This document shows positions 13,040-25,916 of a DNA stretch of 64,000 bases, piece by piece. Below the pieces are notes generated by a model. The model worked only from the letters and a program-made list of their open reading frames with translations, did no database searches and was not told where the DNA came from. Each line of letters opens with the position of its first letter. The stretch's first letter is position 1. A program made the position numbers and the translations under genes. The stretch is from Lama glama (taxonomy: Eukaryota): contig CM052818.1 in the NCBI GenBank assembly GCA_028534125.1, positions 14,014,001 through 14,078,000 on the forward strand, read 5' to 3'.

Positions 13040-13460
13040 CATGTTTTGAGTCCTAGTCTATGTGCTAATAATTTAGAAATTCTTATGTCCAGCCTTGACC
13101 TCTGTCCTGAGCTCCAGAACTGTGTGTCCAAATGCCTGCTCTTCAGGATGGATTTCACCTCAAATTCAACGTGTCCCAAAACTGAATTCATTACCTCTCC
13201 CCCGAAACCTACTCTGTCTCTCCTATTCCTAATGTCTCCACAGGCGTCCAAGATGCAAACCTTCAAGGCCCCGTTGCCCTTGTGTCCTGCACCTCCACGT
13301 CTGACAGTCGGCCTTCTAAAGGTCTCCTGAAGCCACACCTCCTGCTTTTGCCACTGCTCTTGTCTTGTTCCAAGCCTTGGCATCTCTCAGACAACAGCAG
13401 TTGTCTTCCAGCTGCTCTTCACACCTCCAGTTTCTTCTCATTCCAATCTCTTCTCTGCTC
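13040..13460 (+). mobile_element. L2 LINE fragment (degenerate reverse-transcriptase region)
   Basis: ORF 13046..13330 (SSLDLCPELQNCVSKCLL...PKTEFITSPPKP) resembles L2 ORF2 just after the YADD motif. Confidence 0.75.
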
Positions 13461-13474
13461 TGTGGTCAGAGTAT

Positions 13475-13650
13475 CAGTGTTCCAAGCTTCCTTCATCAGA
13501 AATACCCAAAGGGCTCGTTACAAATGCAGATCACCAGGCCTTTCCCTGGACATTCTGAATCTGTAAGTCTGGGTTGAGGCCTAGGAATCTGTGCGTTTAT
13601 AGCCCGGGCCCTGAATTACTATTATCAGGGGGGAAATTTGAGAAATACTG
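13475..13650. mobile_element. MER5-like hAT MITE
   Basis: AAATGCAGAT...TCTGAATC...GGCCTAGGAATCTG...TTTGAGAAATACTG. Confidence 0.7.
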
Positions 13651-14272
13651 TTTGAACACACATCTGTGCTACATATCCTTGTAACACTCCATAAAGCAGG
13701 GTTTTAAAAAATTTATCTAAAGGTGGTTTCCAGTAAGAAATAGAGTTTACATCGCAAATCAGGACATACAAACATTTACAAATGCAGCAACAGAAACTAA
13801 ATGTTCACAAAACTAAATTTTTCTCCTCTTTTCTCTTTCAAATAATGATAGTTAGGGGTTCATGAAAGGGAGTTTAAGACCCACAGCTTGAAGACAATGT
13901 CCTGTGGGTTAAAAATCCAAGTTCCTTAGCTTGTTTTGTCACAGTCTAGCTCTTATCCATGTTTTGCAAGTACTTCCATATTAAATTGCTCAGTGGCCAT
14001 GGTGTACTCAGTGCATGGCGTGCCGTCTGCCTAGAACTTCTCTTGGCCCTTTGTCCACTTGGCAAACTTTTTTCTTTCTTCAAGTCTTTGCTCAGACATC
14101 ACTTTCCCTGTGTAATCTCCCCTAAGTACTGGAGCCACCGAGGAACTTTGACTTAGATGCCTCGTTTGCAATTTGTACACGCCCAAATTAACAACTTAGC
14201 GTCTACCCCGCAAGCTTGCAATTAACTGTTTACAAGGCTTGTCTACTCCACACTCCCTGAATGTAGAGAATC

Positions 14273-14376
14273 TTTTTCTTCCTTTCCTTTCCATTTCTTT
14301 TTTCCTTTTCTTTGTCTTTTTCTTTCTTTTTCTTTTTCTTCTTTCCTTACTTCCTTCTTCTCTTCTTTTTTTTTTT
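14273..14376. repeat. Polypyrimidine (T/C) low-complexity tract
   Basis: About 100 bp, almost entirely T/C. Confidence 0.9.
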
Positions 14377-14879
14377 AAAAGCAGTTTCTACATTCCAGGG
14401 CCTAGAAAGAAAACTGTCACAGAACAGAAGCTTGGTAAACAGTCACCCATGCAGCACCCACGAAGGGATGAGCCAGGTGTGAGTGTTAGTGCCAAACCCA
14501 GAGCTCAAGGCAGGAGATGAAACAAGATAGTAGTTTAGCACCAGTAGCCTAAATGTAATGCTGGAAAACTTGGACTTTATCTTCCAACTGAACCAAAGGT
14601 TTCTGTTTTGGGGTTTTTTTTGTGTGTGTGTTGTTTTTTCCCAAGTGTGATTATCTGACCAGAGAAAGAATATGACGAGAGCTTTGTCTTAGAAAGACAG
14701 CTTTGATAGTGTGGTAGAGGATGCTGAGAAGGGACTCCTGAGAGCTTAGACCTGAGTCTGTGGGGATAATGCTTATGATAAGTCGGGTCTGGGACTTGAC
14801 GTTAGGTGAAAACTGGAGGTTGGTAGGATGCCAGGGAGGAGAGAGAGTGAGGAGTCAAAAATGACTTGGAACCTCAGCC

Positions 14880-15280
14880 AAGGCACCAAGGTCTGCATCA
14901 GCAGTGATGAGTCACGCTGACTGTGTGTGCCTCAGATATAGTGTGATGACAATGGTACTTTACCTCTGAGGTCTTTTTTCCAATAACCTAAAACTTTAAT
15001 CATGAGAAAAACATCAGGCAAATCCAGTTGAGAGACGTTCTACAAAATACCTGGCCAGTACTCCTCGAAACTGTGAAGGTCATCGAAAACAAGGAGTGTC
15101 TAAGAAACTGTTGTAGCCAAGAGGAGCCAAAGGAGACATGTCTAAATGTAACGTGATACCTTGGATGGGATCCTAGACCAGAAAAAAGACATTAGCAATC
15201 TGAATAAAGTGTTGACTTCAGTTAATAATAATGTCACCATTGGTTTGTTAGCTGTAACAGAGGTACCCCACTGATCTAAT
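14880..15280 (+). mobile_element. L1MC/L1MD-like 3' UTR fragment
   Basis: TCTACAAAATACCTGGCCAGTACTCCTCGAAACTGTGAAGGTCATCGAAAACAAGG; GGATGGGATCCTAGACCAGAAAAAAGACATTAG. Confidence 0.75.
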
Positions 15281-15599
15281 AAAACTGACTTGGAGGTGGT
15301 GATGCTGTGATTAACGTCATGATATCGTACGGCTGTTACATGTTGTATGATTGGCAGATGATAATGATGACGTAGGAAATACAGGGGAGGGCTTGTGTGG
15401 AGTAGGAGGGCATCCTGAGACCATCGTTATTTCACTGATATTCGAAATCTGAAGCTTATATAAATAGTCTTGCTATGCATCTCTCACTTCCACTTCTGGA
15501 TGTTACTCCTTAAGTCTACCTCAGGTCTACTTTATCCTTTGCCTGCCCTAACTCAGAGGTAACTATCAGGTCTTACATAAGGCACAAGGCTAACATCTT

Positions 15600-15946
15600 G
15601 GTTCTCTATGCCTGGAACTTATTTCACCAGGTTATCTCCTAGCTGGCTCTTCCTTATCATTCAGCTCAAATATCCCCTCCCCAGAAAGCTTCTTTTGACT
15701 ACCTGATCCAAAGTAGCCCCTCCCCAGTCATTCTGCATTGCATCGCCCTGTTGTGTTTTCTCCATGGCTTTTTACCACTATCTAAAATTTGCTTGTTTAT
15801 TTACTTGTTTATTGTCTGTGGCAGATGCCTCCCCACTGGATTTGAAATCCCATCAGGAAGGCAGAACCTCATCTACTTTATCACTGCTCTATCCACATCC
15901 CTGGAACAGTACCTAGAGATGCTCAGAAAATACCTGCTAAATGAAT
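15600..15946 (+). mobile_element. L2 3' end
   Basis: TGCCTGGAA, CAGCTCAAATATC, terminal GCTCAGAAAATACCTGCTAAATGAAT. Confidence 0.7.
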
Positions 15947-15960
15947 TTCATGTAAATCAT

Positions 15961-16134
15961 TGTCTTAGCTCAGGCAGCCATAACAAAATGCCATAGACTT
16001 AATGGTCGCTTAAATAGAAGACATTTACTTCTCACAGTTCTAAGGCTGTGAGGCCCAAGATCAAGGTACCGGCTGATTTGCTTCCTGGTGAAACCTCTCT
16101 TCCTGGCTTGCAGATGGCTTTCTTCTTGCTGTGT
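15961..16134 (-). mobile_element. MLT1A-like LTR fragment
   Basis: TGTCTTAG...GCCATAACAAAATGCCATAGAC...TCTCACAGTTCT...CCAAGATCAAGG...CTCTTCCTGGCTTGCAGATGG. Confidence 0.8.
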
Positions 16135-16662
16135 GGCACAGCACCATCCTTCATGGGTCTATCTCCCCTGCCACCCAGATACATTAGTGTAGGATGTTAG
16201 TGACTGTGGGAAAATTGACTCTTTTATGGTATTTCCATGTCCTGCTCATACTCTCTTTTTTAAAAGAATAAAAGTAAGAAAATGTTTTTCTTTATAATTT
16301 CTTCCCTAATCCTTTTTCTTCTTAGACAAAGCAAACCACCCAGATGACAGAAGCATATCTAAATAAAATGTATCTTTTCTTTGGCATAGCTTAATGGGGA
16401 GTTAACTAAAGGTTCCTGCTGGAATCAGGGGAGGGAAGAATTGGTTACATTCACCCTTTTACCCTTTTCCTTTTACCAATTTTTTCTTTCCCTCCTTTAT
16501 TTTTGACTCTCTCCTAATTCCCTGGTCTGGTGGGGATCGCCGTCAATGACCTTGCACAGTGCTGATCTCAGAAAGATGCAGGAAATGACTCTGGGCCTTG
16601 TTCAGGCAGAAATATCACCTCTAAGCTGAGCTGGGGAACCCCTTAGGGGTTGTGGGAGCTAG

Positions 16663-17284
16663 TGTTACCAGAGAGTAGGTTCTTGTCTTGTGCAGGAAAG
16701 AATTCAAGAGCCAGCCATAATAAAGTGAAAGCAAATTTATTTAGGGAGATGATAGGTACACTTCCCATAGACAGAATGCAGTCCATCAGAAATGGGAGTG
16801 GCCCCAGAGCATAGGGTCATCCAGGAAAGTAAGAGCAGCTCTAGGAGATACACATTCCATAGTAAAGTGACAGTAGGTTTATTCAGGGAGATATACACAC
16901 TCCATAGACAGAGTGCTGGCAGTCTCGGAAGGCAAAGGAGGCCTTGAGGTGTGGAGGTGGCTAGTTTTTATGGGCTGAGTAATTTTGTATGCTAATGAGT
17001 TGGAGGATTATTCCAATTATTTGGGGGAAAGGGAGGAGATTTCCAGGAATTGGGCTGCTGCCCACTTTTTGGCCCTTTATAGCCAGCTTGGGGACTGTCA
17101 TGGCTCCTTGGGTGTGCCATTTAGCATGCTACGACAATGAGCCTATAATGGGGTTCAAGGTCTACTAGAAGTTAAATCTTTTGCCTATCTTGGGACTAGT
17201 TGGTTCTAGCCAGTGTATGTCGTGTCCTCAATGGCTGTGTCATTCTTTTAATGGTTGTGCCCTGCCCGCTTCCCTCCTGTCTCA
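16663..17284 (-). mobile_element. ERV1-class solo LTR
   Basis: TGTTACC...GTCTCA termini; perfect 4-bp TSD CTAG (16659-16662, 17285-17288); TTTATT (minus-strand polyA signal) near 16736. Confidence 0.88.
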
Positions 17285-17389
17285 CTAGGACCTCCTTCAA
17301 CCACAACGAACACCTTTCTGGCCTAACAGGAGAATACAGAACACTTTCTTGGGGCCCAGGGAGGTTATTGCTTAATTTATTCATTTCTT

Positions 17390-17390
<1 letters not shown>

Positions 17391-17426
<36 letters not shown>

Positions 17427-17447
17427 TATATATATAATAATATATAT
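17391..17447. repeat. (TA)n(CA)n(TA)n microsatellite
   Basis: Directly visible. Confidence 0.95.
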
Positions 17448-18169
17448 CTACATGTGATTTCAGCTAGTGAAAGGTCAGTGATAGTTCAGATGTATTTTTG
17501 AGCACTTCAACCACAGAATCTGTTGAACTAGGTGTTTACAGGTATTTAGTAAGAACAAATACAAATTCTATATTACATTAAAAAAAATCAACATAAGCAG
17601 CATTCCTGCATTATAAGAGCTGCTACTGCAGTTTGTAGGCTCATGAATGCACATCACAGGCTGTCAGAAGTGTTTTCAACCAACCAAAGTAAGGCAAGGC
17701 TCTCATCATCTGCTGTTTACACACCCACCCACACACAGTTATTTATGTTAGTTATCAGGGTCCTAAGCAACATTGAATTGATAAATTAAAAAGTGAATTT
17801 TATAGTCATTAATTGTGGTTAGTGACTAAAAGTCAAACAAAAATATTTTACTCTTGGGAAGAGGTTTGAAGAAATGAGCCAAAGGCAAGAGCAGAACATT
17901 TCAATAAAGTTATGAAAAAGGACAAAACCGGGTCCGTGGAGAAAAGGAAGCACCTCATGTGTGAATCCTCCTGAGGCCTCCGCCAGCTCTAGTGAGGCCT
18001 CTGCTTTTCTCTGGGAGGCCCCGGGGCATATTCATGTCCGTGGGGTCCATTTTATCTGACTTAGGTGAGACAGTTAAATGACAAAACTCAAATGAGTGAG
18101 GCCTTTAGGAGACAGCACAGCTGAGGACGGCCTTCGGTAGAGCGAGGGCAGGAAACAAGGGAAACTCAG

Positions 18170-18439
18170 ATGCGTTCATGTCACAGATTCTTACTGAGCA
18201 CTGTATTCCAGGAGCCGGAGGAGGAATCTCTCCCTTCATGCTCACCTCATTCTAATGGGGAGAGAAAGGTGGAAAATATGCAACTAAACAACAAGTAAGT
18301 ATTATTAGGAAATAAAGCAAGGTAAACTGTGGAGAATAATTAGTGGGCAGAAATTTCGGGATTGCAGCAGCTATGCAAAAATGTAAAGTGAGAGCATTCT
18401 CAGCAGAAGAGTATGTGCAAAGACTCTGAGGGAAGGAGC

Positions 18440-18479
<40 letters not shown>

Positions 18480-19100
18480 TGGAGAAACGGGTCAGTGTGC
18501 CTGACACCCCATGGATGGAGGAAGAGTGGAAGGAGATGAGGTCAGGGAGGTGAGCAGGGCTAGGTCATGTGGGGGCCTACAGACCACAGGAGGACTTTGA
18601 ATTATGGTGGAAACCATGGATGATTTTAAACTGTGGACTGATATATTCTGACTTGGACTCACACCACCTATCTGGCTGCTACTGATATGTAGAAAAAAGA
18701 CCACTGGGGGCCAGAGTAGAGGCAGGATGACTTAGTTAGGAGGACCTGCACTAGTTCAGCTGAGGAATGGTGGTTGATACTTGGTTGGGATCATCAGAGA
18801 TATAGGGAGGAGGTGAAATGTCCAAATTTGGTTATGCCTTGGAGGCAGGGCCTGCTGATGGCTTGGTTAGATGAGAGAAAGAGGAATCAGGATGACTGGA
18901 AGTTTGAGGCTTGAGCAACTGAGTGGATATGGGGCTGTTAACCAAGATGAGGAAAATTAAGTGAGGATCATGTTTGTGGGGTGGAACTGAATTTGGCTTT
19001 TGACCATTTTAAATTGGAGTTATCTGTTAGACATCTGAGAAGTTGATTAGACAATCAGATCCAAGGTCAAGGGCTGGAGGCAGGTCTTTGGGAATCATCA
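18170..19100 (-). mobile_element. L2 LINE fragment
   Basis: TTACTGAGCAC end motif; GGAGATGAGGTCAGGGAGG; GAAAGAGGAATCAGGATGAC...GGCTTGAGCAACTG. Confidence 0.75.
18443..18476. repeat. (TG)n microsatellite
   Basis: Directly visible. Confidence 0.97.
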
Positions 19101-19339
19101 ACTGCAGTCCCCTTTTCCTTAGAATGGACTCAAAGCTCTATTCCACATTTTACAGAGCTCCAAAGCACCCCAGATGATTTGGGGGAACCCCCGGCTAGAC
19201 AGAGAGGAGGAGGTGGCTTCACTTGCATTGTCACCTCTACCTAGCTCTTGCTTCTGCTTCTGTTGAATCAGAGCACTTAATGGACTGTCTCTCTGCAATA
19301 TCCTTCCCCCAGGGAAGAAACTCAGCCACTTCCTTGATT

Positions 19340-19670
19340 TCCATAGCTGAACAAAGTAGTGGATTAACCTCACAGACATAATGTAGAGCAAAGGAGGCCA
19401 GACACAAAAAAGCACGTACAATAGGACTCTCTGTATGTCAAGTTGAAAACCTGGCAAAATTGTTTGATGGTGATAGACATCTGGATGAGGGTAACCTTTA
19501 GGGAAAAGGTGGTGGCTGGGAGGGCTCCCTGAGGGGCTTCAGAGATGCCAGTTATGTTCCATTTCTTGGTTTCAGTAGCAGTTACACAGGGTCTGCATGT
19601 TGTGCCAGTTCATTGAGCTGAAAATTTATAATCTGAGTAGCATGCTGTACTTTAATCAAAGTTAAAATAC
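19340..19670 (+). mobile_element. L1ME-like 3' end
   Basis: AACCTCACAGACATAATG...GGCCAGACACAAAAAAG...TTCATTGAGCTG. Confidence 0.65.
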
Positions 19671-20229
19671 GAACAAACCTGGCGCGTATTTGTGGACAGT
19701 GATCATTTCCCAAACTTGTTATACCAGCTTTATTGTCCCATCCTGGGCCATAAGCCAGACAGGCACCTTAATTTTATGTGTTTTCAACGTAGATGAATTG
19801 GGAAATTGAATTGAGTAAAATTAAAATAGCTGCTATCCTTGCGGGCCTGTGACACTTCTGTCCAAGGCATATATTTGATAGCAAGGGCTTGGAGCTGGAA
19901 GTCTTACTCTTCTTAACTTGGCAGTCTTGGACATGTCATGATTTTCTTTCTGGCCTTAGGTTTGACTCAATGAGAATGACAATAATGGCTTGTTGTGAAG
20001 ATTACACAAGACATATCCATGAACATATATGATAAACCTTAAGGAGCTACAAATTTGATTTATTATGATCCAACCAATGTATAGTGAGATGATATTCATG
20101 TCTCATAGGTCTAATGTCAGACAGGAGCCGGGGTCTTTAATAATGTATATTAGGGGATGGGATGAGCCTGGACAGGGTCTGAAATACAAATTCCTTTTTC
20201 TCAGTGTAGGTTGGGGAAGGATCATGTTG

Positions 20230-20619
20230 GTTGGTTATGATGCCTTGTTGTTTAGTCAAACATGTTTACATGTTGCTGCAGGGTATTTTCTTCCATGAGA
20301 TTGACATTTAAATCAGTAGACTTTGAGTGAAGCAGATTACTCTTCATTATGTGCGTGGACATTATCTAATCAGTTGACGATCTTAAGAGAAAATACTAAG
20401 ACTCCTTCAAAAGAAAGAAATTCTGCCTCCAGACTGTCTTCCGTCTCAAGACTGCAAGATCAACTCCTCCCCGGGTCTCTAGCCTGCCAGCCTGCCCTGC
20501 AGATTTCAGACTTGCCAGCCCCCACAATTGCATGAGCCATTTCCTTAGATTAAATCTGTACATCTTTCTCTGTAAACACCCCACTGGTTCTGTTTCTATG
20601 GAGAAACCTGACTAATACA
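20230..20619 (+). mobile_element. MLT2 (ERVL) LTR
   Basis: AATCAGTAGACTTTGAGTGAAGCAGATTAC, GCCCTGCAGATTTCAGACTTGCCAGCCCCCACAAT and terminus GGTTCTGTTTCTATGGAGAAACCTGACTAATACA. Confidence 0.88.
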
Positions 20620-21094
20620 GGCTAGATGAGCAAAGGATGACAGGAGGGTGAAAGGAAAATTTTTATGGCTGTGAGGGAGAGTATCTAGTGCCTTTTTTAA
20701 AAAGTGAATTCTGCAGGGTTAGGTGACCTGTTTTCTCTGAATTACATATGAAAGTACAGCTTTTCCTCCTAAAATTCCCCTTAATTTTGTATTAAGTGAA
20801 CATACAGTTTTGCCTATTAAAAAACTGGTATTTTCCTTCTAGTATATGTGTGTGTGTGTGTGTTTAAACATAGTACACATCCGCATATACAGATTCACAT
20901 CATGCTTTTACTGTGATATTTTCATGCAGGCATTTTTCTGTGCTGTGACAAACTGTCAAAGACATCAGTTTTAATGACTGCATATCCCACCTAATGAGAT
21001 TAATTTGTCTGTTCATCTTTCTCTTGTTTTCCTTTGATGATTGTTGATGGTGTGTTGATTGTTGTTAACTGTTGTTTTAAATCGTAATGCAGCA

Positions 21095-21310
21095 AAGTTT
21101 AGCTGGTAAAGAACAAAATTTGGAGATTTTAGACCCAGGTGTGAATTTCAGAAGTGCTAGTTGGCTGTATAACTCAGCGCAAGTTACTCAGCCACTTTAG
21201 TGTGAGATGTGGATGATACGACTTGACTTTACAGGTTATAATGATTAAGGGAGAAAACATATAAGATGCCTAGTGGAACACCTGGCACATGGTAGGCATT
21301 CAGTAAGTGA
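21095..21310 (+). mobile_element. MIR fragment
   Basis: GCAAGTTACT and CCTGGCACATGGTAGGCATTCAGTAA. Confidence 0.55.
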
Positions 21311-23377
21311 TAAACATGAAATTTCCAGTCCACTGTAAAGTCCCCAAAGGCAAGCGGTGGTTTTGTTATTTCCAACAGCTACTCTGGCTTATGATGCATT
21401 TTACTCAGCACCATACGTATTTGTTGAAGTATTGAGTGCTTTAGTGAGCTCTGCCGAAAGGTGGGATTATTTTCTTAAGCAGAATTACTGGGTCAAAGGC
21501 TATAGACAGGGAAAGCTCTTGAAACATGTTATTGATTGGTCTCCTAAAAGGTTTGAGTCAATTTAAGTGCTGTTACACAAACACGAAGTGTAGTTATGCA
21601 TGGAAGTAGCTGGCCTCATCTGCCATGATTCATGACCATTGTCATAATGGGGGGGCTTGGCTTGGGTCCTGGTGTCACCAAAGCTTCCTGTCCTATAGGG
21701 AGGGGAACAAACACCTGGCCAGGGGTGCCTAAAATTGGCCAGTCACCCATATTGGCTTGCTAGGGCAGCCTGCAACGGGACTGCTTATTTCAGAAACTTA
21801 TTTGGGAGCGTGGTGGTTTGGTTTTTGGGGTTGCTCCTGATCTGGCTGTTCTTGAGTCCTTAACTTTGTGGGGATAAATGTATCTTCAATAACATTTCAG
21901 TTGTGGCATAACTTCTGAGTGTGTGGAATACAATTACAGAGGTGATTATTTACTGTTGCTTTTATGGAAAACCAAGGTATCAGGTGAACATGTCTTGGTT
22001 CCTGTATTAACAAGCACCTTGGCTATAGCTCTATCAGCTGAATGCGGTGCTCCAAGCCAGGATATGGTACAGGCAGTGAGAAATCATCTCCATAGTTTCA
22101 GAAATTACAAATGTAATCTTAATAGATACAAATTTTTGCACATTTATACCTAGAGATTACATCAAAGACTGAAATTCAGTTTAGACCTTCTGCTAAGAAA
22201 AGTACCCATCTCCTGGGAAGAATAAAATGGCAGCAGTGTTTAAAGTCAGCACAGGAAAATGGCAGAATTTGTGTGTTCAGGTCTTCTTCTCCCGCACACT
22301 TTTTTTCTTTTCTTTTTTTTTCCCCCTACACTTGGTAAAAATGAATTAGCAAACTTGGTTAGCAGAAAGGCAGGGGGCATACCATTTTTTTCTATCACTG
22401 GGATGAAATAAATAAATTCTCTGGATTTGCAATTAGTGCAATGATCAGGAATGTTCAGTATTCAAAACGTTATCTATGCATTTACATACATATAGTGCTA
22501 TGTTGCAAATGTGACATTTAGATTAGATAAAGAGTGAGTTTGGGGTTCATTTTCTTGTGGGTAGTAGGTTAAGACAGGGGGAGGACAGTGTACCCGTTTG
22601 AGAGACCTAAATATAGGGAAAAAAGTATCATGTCGCTCCCTTCCAAAAGAAAAATTTTTTCTTTTCCTTTCTCATTTTTAAGACCAAAAGATTTTTGAAA
22701 GATAAAGGTTGCATTTTCTCTACATAGTGTAAAGTAAGTTCTTTAAAATCAATTTAATTAAGTCTGACTAAAGAAATACCAACAAAGGAATAGTTTGTGA
22801 TATGTATTATGCAAGTAAATATGCAAAAACACTGTAAGTTATTGGACATGTACAAAAGACAGAGCAAGGACCATATGCCCAATATGTTAGGAAAGACAGA
22901 CTATTTTAAAAGAAGATAAAAAAGTTTTCTTAGTAGAAAGACGGTTTCAGTGTACTCAATTTTTCCTACCCTTTCTCAAATTCCCTTTACTTTCAATAGA
23001 GACTTGTCATTGAAAATTTTCTCAAAGAGGAGTTTGAAGCATATTCATGTTTGAAATGAGACAAGGTCTATTCTTAATATGAGTAACTTTGAGGAATGTG
23101 GTACTAAGGCATTAAAAGACAGTATTTATAATTGATATCTATAAGTCTGACTCAGGATGTGGAGAGAAATACTGTGATGGAGATGAAATACAATAGAACC
23201 ATGGTAACTGGTATGAACTTGCTCTTCCTCACTCAGATACAAGGAATGTCCCATTTCTTTCTTTTTTTTTTAATCAAATTAAATTTGACTCAGCACCTCC
23301 ACCTAACCAGGATGATTGGAAATCCACTCAGTCATTTTGTAGGGCTCCTTCCTTTTCCTTTGAGATTAAACAAAACT

Positions 23378-23514
23378 ATACTTGTTCCTTGGTATCTCTG
23401 GGGATTGGTTCCAGGACCCCCAGTGAATACCAAATTCCACAGATTTTCAGGTCCCTTAGTCAGCCATCCATATCCATGGGTTCCGCATCTGTTGATAGGG
23501 AAGGCCGATTGTAA
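23378..23514. mobile_element. Tigger-derived MITE (MER2/MER8-like, short)
   Basis: GGGGATTGGTTCCAGGACCCCC...ATACCAAA and TATCCATGGGTTCCGCATC; TA flanks. Confidence 0.72.
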
Positions 23515-23740
23515 TGCTAGCGAATGTTTACATAGAACTCATTCTGTACCAGGTCCTGCTCTAACAGACTAATTCATCTTAGCCTCACAGCTCTCTGGGG
23601 TAGGTCATGGTATTATAATTATTTTTAACCTGAGGAAACTATGATGCAAAGAGTAGCTTATGCTAGATCACCTGGCTAGTAAGGGATCAAGATTTGGACT
23701 CAGGTGATCTGGTTTGAGAATCTCTTCTCTTAATGACTAT
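23515..23740 (-). mobile_element. MIR SINE
   Basis: TGAGGAAACT, GCTAGTAAG, GATTTGGACTCAGG. Confidence 0.6.
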
Positions 23741-24299
23741 ACTAATGCCAGAGTTTATGCATTTCAGGAACAGTGGGACAGGGTTCTTGATCCCTTCAAT
23801 CCTAAGCACCGTCTTTCTGTAGGAGAGTCCAGATCTTTGCTCCATGATTTGACACCCCAAATCAGAAAACTGGTGACCTATTGTTAGATCTGACAGCAGA
23901 CAAGTTTTGTTCAATGAGGGTAGTATCTTTCAACAGTCTAAATTAATGGCCAACATTCCAAATATGGAGATTTCAATAAAAAGTCAAAATTTCTAGCTTT
24001 TATTGAAAGACCACAAGGTCTGGGAACACAGCCAGCGTTCCCACTGGACCCTAGGCTGGAGCTCATTGTCTTCTGCCCCTTTACACGGGAACATGTGCTC
24101 TCCCTGGTTTTATATTCAAGCTCTTTACTCATCTAGGTTACCTGATAGACTCAGTAGATCAGACTTGAAAAAAACAAAGGTCACTTACCCCTTCTCTGGG
24201 GCAAGGAAGCCTAGCCCTTGAGGACACAAAGATATGTCCGCCCTCCCAAGAGGTGGAAGAAGAAATACTACTTGTTTCTTCATGAGAAGTCAACCACCT

Positions 24300-25070
24300 A
24301 GACACAAGTAAGTTCTCACTGGCCCTGGTGTAACATTTTGCTTCCATAAAGACCAAGATTGGCTTGGGTTTTACCATCAACTTTCCAGGCACTGAAATTT
24401 GAAGCCTTGGCAATCTTTATGGTTTTTCTCTTGTCTTTGCCTAATAGGTCAATTAGCTGCCAAACCCTAGATTCCACCACCAAACCTCTTGTGCCACAAC
24501 ATCTTTTATGTTCTCCTTGCCCACCTGCAAGATACCACCTTAATGCAGGCACTCCTCGCCCCTTGTCTGGACCATCCTAATCCATGACCTCTTACCAAGT
24601 CTACTGGCTCCCGTTTATCTTTTCAGCTTTATTTTCCATTTCCCATCTCTCATCCTTATCCTCAGTGCTCAGATGAACTCAACCTCTTTGATACAGTACC
24701 ACTCTGGGTTTTTCTTCTTCTCTGATTATCCCATCCACTCAATCTAAAATTCCCTTCTTCCTTGAAATTTATTCAAATTTAACTCTCTTCAGTAGCCTTA
24801 AATTTCAGTTTCTCCTTGAATCTTTCTGTGATCCTACCTGGAAGTAATTACCTCCTCCCTCAAATTCCCACAACACTTTACCTGCACCCCTTTTAAAGCA
24901 CCTATCGCCTTCACTGTGTTTACAAATAGTGTCCCTATATGACAGTAAAGCTTTTGAAAGTAAAAGTTATTTTTCAATCACTTGGTATGCTTGTTTTGTA
25001 CTGCCCACAACTCCCAGAATGGTATCTTGCAAGGACTTTGAGCAGGTTTTCAAGATTCATTGAAGGAAGA
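24300..25070 (+). mobile_element. Diverged L2 fragments
   Basis: Pyrimidine-rich L2-like sequence; low identity. Confidence 0.5.
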
Positions 25071-25889
25071 AAGGCAGGCAGGCAGGCAGGCTAAAGTCTC
25101 TTACAAAGCAAAGAAGTATTTAGTAATAGGAAATTGTTTATTTTTGTTACTGTTTCATTGCCTTTATAATAGAAGAAGAGCTGGAACACCATTTTTAAAT
25201 CCACACTTTTTAGCTTAAGAATAATATGGCAAAACAACTGTTTCTACCTTGATGTTTCCTTATTTCACAGCACTCATCTATGAGCTAGCTTTAGAGTCCC
25301 TGCCAACTTCCACAACATACTGCAAAGCAGGTGAATGTGCATATCTAAGAGAAGACTTGAAACTTACTCCAAGTGTGGATTATGCTAATGACTTGCCACC
25401 TAATTTTAATGATTGGGTAAGGTATATGAGTTGCTTTTGGGACATGTTGTGGCTTTGGCTTAGCCTTATGATGAATGTAACCTTGTGATGTGACTGGGAC
25501 AGGTGGCCCTAAGGGAGTGTGCTGATAAGGGTGCTGTGCCAGTTCTCATGTCAGAGACTGAGGCTCAGGTCCTGGCATTGCCACTTATTAATAAGTGAGC
25601 TGGACAAGTTTGTCAATCTCTTTCTTTGCCTGTAAGTGAAGAAAATTGTGCTTTACCTCCAAAGTTCTTTTCAGTTCTCAGAACCTGTGAATCATGTTGA
25701 TAGGTTATAATTTTCAGTACATGAATCAGCGAATGTTTACAGAAAGCCATTGGTGTGAGCAGTCTGAAGACAAACGGGAATTCTAGAGATTATATTTTCC
25801 AGTGGTATCTAATGGATCCCTGCAATTTTTGCACACTGACAGCATGATATAGCTGCATACAGATGTCATGTATTAGCATTCTGTTGTAA

Positions 25890-25916
25890 TTCCTAGAATT
25901 CCTAGAATTCCTAGAA
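25890..25916. repeat. Perfect 9-bp tandem repeat (TTCCTAGAA)x3
   Basis: Directly visible. Confidence 0.95.

Noticed and set aside
12775..13383. 202-aa minus-strand ORF
   Set aside because: Largely antisense to an L2 remnant; no recognisable protein.
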